Assembly: GCA_964247055.1 (NCBI GenBank)
Contig: OZ176051.1
Span: 6,572,001 to 6,636,000 of the forward strand
DNA length: 64,000 bases
Direction of reading: 5' to 3'
Origin: Paragordius varius
Lineage: Eukaryota; Animalia; Nematomorpha
The stretch's first letter is position 1; each line of letters starts with the position of its first letter. Positions 53,161 to 64,000 of this stretch are shown here, one piece after another. The notes beneath the pieces are model-generated. The model made no database searches. It saw only the letters and a program-made list of their open reading frames with translations, and had not been told where the DNA came from. The translations under genes and the position numbers were made by a program.

Positions 53161-53929
53161 GTACTTCATTCTCATTTTTCTAATATTTTTTTAAAGTTTT
53201 GTTTTTATGTCCAAAAAATATAAAATTTTTATGTCATTTTGAAGTCAATTTATTCATTGTGTGTTTTTCAACATATTACCCCCTTTAACAGTCCATTATT
53301 TTTTGGGCTATTTTATATCCCGACATATGAAATTTAAGTATCTTAAAAAATATTTAAGGTATTAAGCCGAATTTATACCATGCTTTCTTTTATCTTTTAG
53401 GCACATTATACAATTTTTTGTAAAAAATGTAAATGTTTAAGAAAAATCCTTATCTGGAATCGCCATTTTTTTCTATAATTTTTTTTCGCTAGTGCAACAG
53501 GCAAAAAATCCTATATTATTGTTAAAAATGTAAATAATTAGCTTTAAAAGGCTTTCGACTATATTTACCAGCAAAAACTTGTTATATTTTAATTTAAATA
53601 TCAGCTTTTCGTTGCGTTCGTATTTTAGAGCTGTCCTAATTTTAGGCTTTAGAAGTCACAAAACTGTAAAATATAAGCTTTTTAAATTAAAACATGAGAA
53701 CAGTGTTTAGTAATTAATTTTAACTAAAATAACTTTGAAAACTGTAATTTATTTAAAAAATTGTATTCTGGGACATAAAACACCCCAATATGTTAACTAT
53801 AAGAAAAAAAGTGAAAAGGTAATGGTGTTAAATTAATCTATGATTTGATAAAAAATCTGTAAAATGGGCCGATGGTTGATCACTTTTTGGTTGAAAAGTA
53901 ATACATATGAATGTTTATATATAAATATA

Positions 53930-54084
53930 CTAGCGTGAATCTCGTGCTGCTTCGCAGCCCGAGGAAGTCCTTCGGACTTCTGGGGGGGGGGGGGGGGGGG
54001 GGTTCGAAGTTTGGATTTGAATGGGTCTACCGTTTTATCTGTAGATCACAAAGCCAGCATTTTCCATTTTTATAAATATATAGA
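53930..54084 (-). mobile_element. 155-bp complete mini-Helitron forming the 3' end of the array
   Basis: 5' TC at 54084, a poly-C21 tract (G21 on + strand, 53982-54002), hairpins GAAGTCC-GAA-GGACTTC and GCTGC-GAA-GCAGC, and CTAG at 53933-53930. Confidence 0.85.
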
Positions 54085-57000
54085 TTACCATAAATAATGT
54101 TTTAATATCCATATATCTTTTAACATGCTATACATATGATAGATACTCCTTACTCAGCAGCTATCATCAAAGAAACGCTTAACTAAAATTTTTGCCTTTT
54201 AACAGGGAATACGTGGAATCTTTATTGAATTTTTACGGTCTCATACCTAGGGCGAAAAATCGATTTAGAAAATTATTATTGTGGACTTTGTATTTTTTGA
54301 AAAAAATGGCATTTTACGGGGGTAGCGGGTAAAAAGAGGGCCTAAATCAAAAAAGTGACTCGACTATGTTCAGCGCGATCAAAAATAAGTAAACAAAATT
54401 CATATTTGAAATTGAATGGTCCAACACGTTCTCCAAAAAATTGACTTAACCCATTTTTCACACGGGGTGGGCCCGAACTGGGGACCTAATTCCAAAAAAG
54501 GGCGAAGCTATTGTCGGGGCATTCATTAATGATTATATTTTTTCGATATTTGGATTTGATTGGGATCACCGGTTTTCCGGAAACAGTTCACAAAGTTATA
54601 TGAAAAATCAGTTTTTAGCGGGTAGCTCCTTATACAGCAGCTATCATCAAATAAACGGTGGACTAAAATTTTTGCCTTTTAACAGGGAATACGTGGAATC
54701 TTTATTGAATTTTTACGGTCTCATACCTAGGGCGAAAAATCGATTTAGAAAATTATTTTTGTGGACTTTGTTTTTTGAAAAAGGTGGCATTTTACGGGGG
54801 GAGCGGGTAAAAAGAGGGCCTAAATCAAAAAAGTGGCTCGGCTATGTTCGGCGCAATCGAAAATAAGTAAACAAAAATTATATTTGAAATTGAATGGTCC
54901 AACACGTTCTCCGGAAAATTGTCTCAAAAACACGATTTTGTGGACTTCTGTTTTCAAAAAAAACCCGTTTTTCATACGGGGTGGGCCCGAACTGGGGGCC
55001 TATTTCAAAAAAAGGGCTAAGCTATTGTCGGGACATTTATTAATGATTATATTTTTTCGATATTTGGATTTGATTGGGTCTACCGGTTTTCCTGTACCAG
55101 ATCACAAAGCCAGCATTTTCCATTTTTATAAATATATAGATGAGCATAAATAATGTATTAATATCCATATATCTTTTAACATGCTATACATATGATAGAT
55201 ACTCCTTACTCAGCAGCTATCATCAAAGAAACGCTTGACTAAAATTTTTGCCTTTTAACAGGGAATACGTGGAATCTTTATTGAATTTTTACAGTCTCAT
55301 ACCGTGGACAAAAAAATACAATCAAAAAAATATTTTTGTGGACTTTGTTTTTTTTTTGAAAAAAATGGCATTTTACGGGGGGAGCGGGTAAAAAGAGGGC
55401 CTAAATCAAAAAAGTGACTCGACTATGTTCGGCGCAATCGAAAATAAGTAAACAAAAATCATATTTGAAATTGAATGGTCCAACACGTTCTCCAAAAAAT
55501 TGACTTAACCCATTTTTCACACGGGGTGGGCCCGAACTGGGGACCTAATTCCAAAAAAGGGCGAAGCTATTGTCGGGGCATTCATTAATGATTAAATTTT
55601 TTCGATGTTTGGATTTGATTGGGTTCACCGGTTTTCCGGAAACAGATCACAAAGTTATATGAAAAATCAGTTTTTAGCGGGTAGCTCCTTACCCAGCAGC
55701 TATCATCAAATAAACGGTAGACTAAATTTTTGCCTTTTAACAGGGAATACGTGGAATCTTTATTGAATTTTTACGGTCTCATACCTAGGGCGAAAAATCG
55801 ATTTAGAAAATTATTTTTGTGGACTTTGTTTTTTGAAAAAGGTGGCATTTTACGGGGGGAGCGGGTAAAAAGAGGGCCTAAATCAAAAAAGTGGCTCGGC
55901 TATGTTCGGCGCAATCGAAAATAAGTAAACAAAAATTATATTTGAAATTGAATGGTCCAACACGTTCTCCGGAAAATTGTCTCAAAAACACGATTTTGTG
56001 GACTTCTGTTTTCAAAAAAAACCCGTTTTTCATACGGGGTGGGCCCGAACTGGGGGCCTATTTCAAAAAAAGGGCTAAGCTATTGTCGGGACATTTATTA
56101 ATGATTATATTTTTTCGATATTTGGATTTGATTGGGTCTACCGGTTTTCCTGTACCAGATCACAAAGCCAGCATTTTCCATTTTTATAAATATATAGATG
56201 AGCATAAATAATGTATTAATATCCATATATCTTTTAACATGCTATACATATGATAGATACTCCTTACTCAGCAGCTATCATCAAAGAAACGCTTGACTAA
56301 AATTTTTGCCTTTTAACAGGGAATACGTGGAATCTTTATTGAATTTTTACAGTCTCATACCGTGGACAAAAAAATACAATCAAAAAAATATTTTTGTGGA
56401 CTTTGTTTTTTTTTTGAAAAAAATGGCATTTTACGGGGGGAGCGGGTAAAAAGAGGGCCTAAATCAAAAAAGTGACTCGACTATGTTCGGCGCAATCGAA
56501 AATAAGTAAACAAAAATCATATTTGAAATTGAATGGTCCAACACGTTCTCCAAAAAATTGACTTAACCCATTTTTCACACGGGGTGGGCCCGAACTGGGG
56601 ACCTAATTCCAAAAAAGGGCGAAGCTATTGTCGGGGCATTCATTAATGATTAAATTTTTTCGATGTTTGGATTTGATTGGGTTCACCGGTTTTCCGGAAA
56701 CAGATCACAAAGTTATATGAAAAATCAGTTTTTAGCGGGTAGCTCCTTACCCAGCAGCTATCATCAAATAAACGGTAGACTAAATTTTTGCCTTTTAACA
56801 GGGAATACGTGGAATCTTTATTGAATTTTTACGGTCTCATACCTAGGGCGAAAAATCGATTTAGAAAATTATTTTTGTGGACTTTGTTTTTTGAAAAAGG
56901 TGGCATTTTACGGGGGGAGCGGGTAAAAAGAGGGCCTAAATCAAAAAAGTGGCTCGGCTATGTTCGGCGCAATCGAAAATAAGTAAACAAAAATTATATT

Positions 57001-60000
57001 TGAAATTGAATGGTCCAACACGTTCTCCGGAAAATTGTCTCAAAAACACGATTTTGTGGACTTCTGTTTTCAAAAAAAACCCGTTTTTCATACGGGGTGG
57101 GCCCGAACTGGGGGCCTATTTCAAAAAAAGGGCTAAGCTATTGTCGGGACATTTATTAATGATTATATTTTTTCGATATTTGGATTTGATTGGGTCTACC
57201 GGTTTTCCTGTACCAGATCACAAAGCCAGCATTTTCCATTTTTATAAATATATAGATGAGCATAAATAATGTATTAATATCCATATATCTTTTAACATGC
57301 TATACATATGATAGATACTCCTTACTCAGCAGCTATCATCAAAGAAACGCTTGACTAAAATTTTTGCCTTTTAACAGGGAATACGTGGAATCTTTATTGA
57401 ATTTTTACAGTCTCATACCGTGGACAAAAAAATACAATCAAAAAAATATTTTTGTGGACTTGGTTTTTTTTTTGAAAAAAATGGCATTTTACGGGGGGAG
57501 CGGGTAAAAAGAGGGCCTAAATCAAAAAAGTGACTCGACTATGTTCGGCGCAATCGAAAATAAGTAAACAAAAATCATATTTGAAATTGAATGGTCCAAC
57601 ACGTTCTCCAAAAAATTGACTTAACCCATTTTTCACACGGGGTGGGCCCGAACTGGGGACCTAATTCCAAAAAAGGGCGAAGCTATTGTCGGGGCATTCA
57701 TTAATGATTAAATTTTTTCGATGTTTGGATTTGATTGGGTTCACCGGTTTTCCGGAAACAGATCACAAAGTTATATGAAAAATCAGTTTTTAGCGGGTAG
57801 CTCCTTACCCAGCAGCTATCATCAAATAAACGGTAGACTAAATTTTTGCCTTTTAACAGGGAATACGTGGAATCTTTATTGAATTTTTACGGTCTCATAC
57901 CTAGGGCGAAAAATCGATTTAGAAAATTATTTTTGTGGACTTTGTTTTTTGAAAAAGGTGGCATTTTACGGGGGGAGCGGGTAAAAAGAGGGCCTAAATC
58001 AAAAAAGTGGCTCGGCTATGTTCGGCGCAATCGAAAATAAGTAAACAAAAATTATATTTGAAATTGAATGGTCCAACACGTTCTCCGGAAAATTGTCTCA
58101 AAAACACGATTTTGTGGACTTCTGTTTTCAAAAAAAACCCGTTTTTCATACGGGGTGGGCCCGAACTGGGGGCCTATTTCAAAAAAAGGGCTAAGCTATT
58201 GTCGGGACATTTATTAATGATTATATTTTTTCGATATTTGGATTTGATTGGGTCTACCGGTTTTCCTGTACCAGATCACAAAGCCAGCATTTTCCATTTT
58301 TATAAATATATAGATGAGCATAAATAATGTATTAATATCCATATATCTTTTAACATGCTATACATATGATAGATACTCCTTACTCAGCAGCTATCATCAA
58401 AGAAACGCTTGACTAAAATTTTTGCCTTTTAACAGGGAATACGTGGAATCTTTATTGAATTTTTACAGTCTCATACCGTGGACAAAAAAATACAATCAAA
58501 AAAATATTTTTGTGGACTTGGTTTTTTTTTTGAAAAAAATGGCATTTTACGGGGGGAGCGGGTAAAAAGAGGGCCTAAATCAAAAAAGTGACTCGACTAT
58601 GTTCGGCGCAATCGAAAATAAGTAAACAAAAATCATATTTGAAATTGAATGGTCCAACACGTTCTCCAAAAAATTGACTTAACCCATTTTTCACACGGGG
58701 TGGGCCCGAACTGGGGACCTAATTCCAAAAAAGGGCGAAGCTATTGTCGGGGCATTCATTAATGATTAAATTTTTTCGATGTTTGGATTTGATTGGGTTC
58801 ACCGGTTTTCCGGAAACAGATCACAAAGTTATATGAAAAATCAGTTTTTAGCGGGTAGCTCCTTACCCAGCAGCTATCATCAAATAAACGGTAGACTAAA
58901 TTTTTGCCTTTTAACAGGGAATACGTGGAATCTTTATTGAATTTTTACGGTCTCATACCTAGGGCGAAAAATCGATTTAGAAAATTATTTTTGTGGACTT
59001 TGTTTTTTGAAAAAGGTGGCATTTTACGGGGGGAGCGGGTAAAAAGAGGGCCTAAATCAAAAAAGTGGCTCGGCTATGTTCGGCGCAATCGAAAATAAGT
59101 AAACAAAAATTATATTTGAAATTGAATGGTCCAACACGTTCTCCGGAAAATTGTCTCAAAAACACGATTTTGTGGACTTCTGTTTTCAAAAAAAACCCGT
59201 TTTTCATACGGGGTGGGCCCGAACTGGGGGCCTATTTCAAAAAAAGGGCTAAGCTATTGTCGGGACATTTATTAATGATTATATTTTTTCGATATTTGGA
59301 TTTGATTGGGTCTACCGGTTTTCCTGTACCAGATCACAAAGCCAGCATTTTCCATTTTTATAAATATATAGATGAGCATAAATAATGTATTAATATCCAT
59401 ATATCTTTTAACATGCTATACATATGATAGATACTCCTTACTCAGCAGCTATCATCAAAGAAACGCTTGACTAAAATTTTTGCCTTTTAACAGGGAATAC
59501 GTGGAATCTTTATTGAATTTTTACAGTCTCATACCGTGGACAAAAAAATACAATCAAAAAAATATTTTTGTGGACTTGGTTTTTTTTTTGAAAAAAATGG
59601 CATTTTACGGGGGGAGCGGGTAAAAAGAGGGCCTAAATCAAAAAAGTGACTCGACTATGTTCGGCGCAATCGAAAATAAGTAAACAAAAATCATATTTGA
59701 AATTGAATGGTCCAACACGTTATCCAAAAAATTGACTTAACCCATTTTTCACACGGGGTGGGCCCGAACTGGGGACCTAATTCCAAAAAAGGGCGAAGCT
59801 ATTGTCGGGGCATTCATTAATGATTAAATTTTTTCGATGTTTGGATTTGATTGGGTTCACCGGTTTTCCGGAAACAGATCACAAAGTTATATGAAAAATC
59901 AGTTTTTAGCGGGTAGCTCCTTACCCAGCAGCTATCATCAAATAAACGGTAGACTAAATTTTTGCCTTTTAACAGGGAATACGTGGAATCTTTATTGAAT

Positions 60001-63000
60001 TTTTACGGTCTCATACCTAGGGCGAAAAATCGATTTAGAAAATTATTTTTGTGGACTTTGTTTTTTGAAAAAGGTGGCATTTTACGGGGGGAGCGGGTAA
60101 AAAGAGGGCCTAAATCAAAAAAGTGACTCGACTATGTTCGGCGCAATCGAAAATAAGTAAACAAAAATCATATTTGAAATTGAATGGTCCAACACGTTCT
60201 CCAAAAAATTGACTTAACCCATTTTTCACACGGGGTGGGCCCGAACTGGGGACCTAATTCCAAAAAAGGGCGAAGCTATTGTCGGGGCATTCATTAATGA
60301 TTAAATTTTTTCGATGTTTGGATTTGATTGGGTTCACCGGTTTTCCGGAAACAGATCACAAAGTTATATGAAAAATCAGTTTTTAGCGGGTAGCTCCTTA
60401 CCCAGCAGCTATCATCAAATAAACGGTAGACTAAATTTTTGCCTTTTAACAGGGAATACGTGGAATCTTTATTGAATTTTTACGGTCTCATACCTAGGGC
60501 GAAAAATCGATTTAGAAAATTATTTTTGTGGACTTTGTTTTTTGAAAAAGGTGGCATTTTACGGGGGGAGCGGGTAAAAAGAGGGCCTAAATCAAAAAAG
60601 TGACTCGACTATGTTCGGCGCAATCGAAAATAAGTAAACAAAAATTATATTTGAAATTGAATGGTCCAACACGTTCTCCGGAAAATTGTCTCAAAAACAC
60701 GATTTTGTGGACTTCTGTTTTCAAAAAAAACCCGTTTTTCATACGGGGTGGGCCCGAACTGGGGGCCTATTTCAAAAAAAGGGCTAAGCTATTGTCGGGA
60801 CATTTATTAATGATTATATTTTTTCGATATTTGGATTTGATTGGGTCTACCGGTTTTCCTGTACCAGATCACAAAGCCAGCATTTTCCATTTTTATAAAT
60901 ATATAGATGAGCATAAATAATGTATTAATATCCATATATCTTTTAACATGCTATACATATGATAGATACTGCTTACTCAGCAGCTATCATCAAAGAAACG
61001 CTTGACTAAAATTTTTGCCTTTTAACAGGGAATACGTGGAATCTTTATTGAATTTTTACAGTCTCATACCGTGGACAAAAAAATACAATCAAAAAAATAT
61101 TTTTGTGGACTTTGTTTTTTTTTTGAAAAAAATGGCATTTTACGGGGGGAGCGGGTAAAAAGAGGGCCTAAATCAAAAAAGTGACTCGACTATGTTCGGC
61201 GCAATCGAAAATAAGTAAACAAAAATCATATTTGAAATTGAATGGTCCAACACGTTCTCCAAAAAATTGACTTAACCCATTTTTCACACGGGGTGGGCCC
61301 GAACTGGGGACCTAATTCCAAAAAAGGGCGAAGCTATTGTCGGGGCATTCATTAATGATTAAATTTTTTCGATGTTTGGATTTGATTGGGTTCACCGGTT
61401 TTCCGGAAACAGATCACAAAGTTATATGAAAAATCAGTTTTTAGCGGGTAGCTCCTTACCCAGCAGCTATCATCAAATAAACGGTAGACTAAATTTTTGC
61501 CTTTTAACAGGGAATACGTGGAATCTTTATTGAATTTTTACGGTCTCATACCTAGGGCGAAAAATCGATTTAGAAAATTATTTTTGTGGACTTTGTTTTT
61601 TGAAAAAGGTGGCATTTTACGGGGGGAGCGGGTAAAAAGAGGGCCTAAATCAAAAAAGTGACTCGACTATGTTCGGCGCAATCGAAAATAAGTAAACAAA
61701 AATCATATTTGAAATTGAATGGTCCAACACGTTATCCAAAAAATTGACTTAACCCATTTTTCACACGGGGTGGGCCCGAACTGGGGACCTAATTCCAAAA
61801 AAGGGCGAAGCTATTGTCGGGGCATTCATTAATGATTAAATTTTTTCGATGTTTGGATTTGATTGGGTTCACCGGTTTTCCGGAAACAGATCACAAAGTT
61901 ATATGAAAAATCAGTTTTTAGCGGGTAGCTCCTTACCCAGCAGCTATCATCAAATAAACGGTAGACTAAATTTTTGCCTTTTAACAGGGAATACGTGGAA
62001 TCTTTATTGAATTTTTACGGTCTCATACCTAGGGCGAAAAATCGATTTAGAAAATTATTTTTGTGGACTTTGTTTTTTGAAAAAGGTGGCATTTTACGGG
62101 GGGAGCGGGTAAAAAGAGGGCCTAAATCAAAAAAGTGACTCGACTATGTTCGGCGCAATCGAAAATAAGTAAACAAAAATCATATTTGAAATTGAATGGT
62201 CCAACACGTTCTCCAAAAAATTGACTTAACCCATTTTTCACACGGGGTGGGCCCGAACTGGGGACCTAATTCCAAAAAAGGGCGAAGCTATTGTCGGGGC
62301 ATTCATTAATGATTAAATTTTTTCGATGTTTGGATTTGATTGGGTTCACCGGTTTTCCGGAAACAGATCACAAAGTTATATGAAAAATCAGTTTTTAGCG
62401 GGTAGCTCCTTACCCAGCAGCTATCATCAAATAAACGGTAGACTAAATTTTTGCCTTTTAACAGGGAATACGTGGAATCTTTATTGAATTTTTACGGTCT
62501 CATACCTAGGGCGAAAAATCGATTTAGAAAATTATTTTTGTGGACTTTGTTTTTTGAAAAAGGTGGCATTTTACGGGGGGAGCGGGTAAAAAGAGGGCCT
62601 AAATCAAAAAAGTGACTCGACTATGTTCGGCGCAATCGAAAATAAGTAAACAAAAATTATATTTGAAATTGAATGGTCCAACACGTTCTCCGGAAAATTG
62701 TCTCAAAAACACGATTTTGTGGACTTCTGTTTTCAAAAAAAACCCGTTTTTCATACGGGGTGGGCCCGAACTGGGGGCCTATTTCAAAAAAAGGGCTAAG
62801 CTATTGTCGGGACATTTATTAATGATTATATTTTTTCGATATTTGGATTTGATTGGGTCTACCGGTTTTCCTGTACCAGATCACAAAGCCAGCATTTTCC
62901 ATTTTTATAAATATATAGATGAGCATAAATAATGTATTAATATCCATATATCTTTTAACATGCTATACATATGATAGATACTGCTTACTCAGCAGCTATC

Positions 63001-63977
63001 ATCAAAGAAACGCTTGACTAAAATTTTTGCCTTTTAACAGGGAATACGTGGAATCTTTATTGAATTTTTACAGTCTCATACCGTGGACAAAAAAATACAA
63101 TCAAAAAAATATTTTTGTGGACTTTGTTTTTTTTTTGAAAAAAATGGCATTTTACGGGGGGAGCGGGTAAAAAGAGGGCCTAAATCAAAAAAGTGACTCG
63201 ACTATGTTCGGCGCAATCGAAAATAAGTAAACAAAAATCATATTTGAAATTGAATGGTCCAACACGTTCTCCAAAAAATTGACTTAACCCATTTTTCACA
63301 CGGGGTGGGCCCGAACTGGGGACCTAATTCCAAAAAAGGGCGAAGCTATTGTCGGGGCATTCATTAATGATTAAATTTTTTCGATGTTTGGATTTGATTG
63401 GGTTCACCGGTTTTCCGGAAACAGATCACAAAGTTATATGAAAAATCAGTTTTTAGCGGGTAGCTCCTTACCCAGCAGCTATCATCAAATAAACGGTAGA
63501 CTAAATTTTTGCCTTTTAACAGGGAATACGTGGAATCTTTATTGAATTTTTACGGTCTCATACCTAGGGCGAAAAATCGATTTAGAAAATTATTTTTGTG
63601 GACTTTGTTTTTTGAAAAAGGTGGCATTTTACGGGGGGAGCGGGTAAAAAGAGGGCCTAAATCAAAAAAGTGGCTCGGCTATGTTCGGCGCAATCGAAAA
63701 TAAGTAAACAAAAATTATATTTGAAATTGAATGGTCCAACACGTTCTCCGGAAAATTGTCTCAAAAACACGATTTTGTGGACTTCTGTTTTCAAAAAAAA
63801 CCCGTTTTTCATACGGGGTGGGCCCGAACTGGGGGCCTATTTCAAAAAAAGGGCGAAGCTATTGTCGGGACATTTATTAATGATTATATTTTTTCGATAT
63901 TTGGATTTGATTGGGTCTACCGGTTTTCCTGTACCAGATCACAAAGCCAGCATTTTCCATTTTTATAAATATATAGA
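53930..63977 (-). mobile_element. Helitron-bounded 10-kb higher-order tandem array (477/581-bp monomers; 1058-bp and 2012-bp super-units)
   Basis: The outer 5' end is A|TCTATATATTTATAAAAATGG at 63977. The single 3' end is CTCGGGCTGC-GAA-GCAGCACGAG-ATTCACG-CTAG|T at 53930. Repeat periodicity is shown by the recurrent track ORFs at 54833, 55891, 56949, 58007, 59065, 60600, 62612 and 63670. Confidence 0.93.
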
Positions 63978-64000
63978 TTAAATACCTGTAAACATAATTA

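Noticed and set aside
53930-63977. CRISPR array or rDNA/telomeric array
   Set aside because: The units are 477-581 bp with no unique spacers, there are no cas genes and no rRNA motifs, the context is eukaryotic and intronic, and Helitron termini explain the structure.
54600-63981. Repeated 106-aa and 64-aa ORFs (and ORFs 4299..4574, 4814..5038) as a tandem gene family
   Set aside because: They are chance frames of the Helitron-derived monomer. They overlap each other, span the Helitron 5' terminus and have no recognisable domain.

Overview
This is AT-rich eukaryotic, almost certainly animal, nuclear DNA. It holds five recognisable host genes: NCKAP1/Hem (minus, runs off the window start), an intronless TMEM126-like ORF head-to-head with it, AP-1 sigma (AP1S, minus), TMEM161 (plus) and SMARCAL1 (plus, C-terminal exons not in the window). 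Many introns are only 23-28 nt, while others have been inflated to kilobases by transposons. Mobile DNA dominates. It includes a 1.5-kb non-autonomous Helitron and a 10-kb Helitron-derived higher-order tandem array inside a probable SMARCAL1 intron; the array has nine 5'-TC termini but only one hairpin-CTAG 3' end. There is also a 3.9-kb TA-flanked foldback palindrome in a TMEM161 intron, two Blackjack-like hAT elements (one splitting a tRNA-derived SINE, one split by an RTE LINE), a near-intact RTE LINE with TSD and a PHD-type finger, degraded RTE and mariner relics, self-nested TTAA (piggyBac-like) MITEs just upstream of SMARCAL1, and several decayed spliced coding remnants. No CRISPR, rRNA or intact tRNA is supported. 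All calls were made by eye and coordinates were counted by hand; family names come from recalled motifs and need database confirmation.
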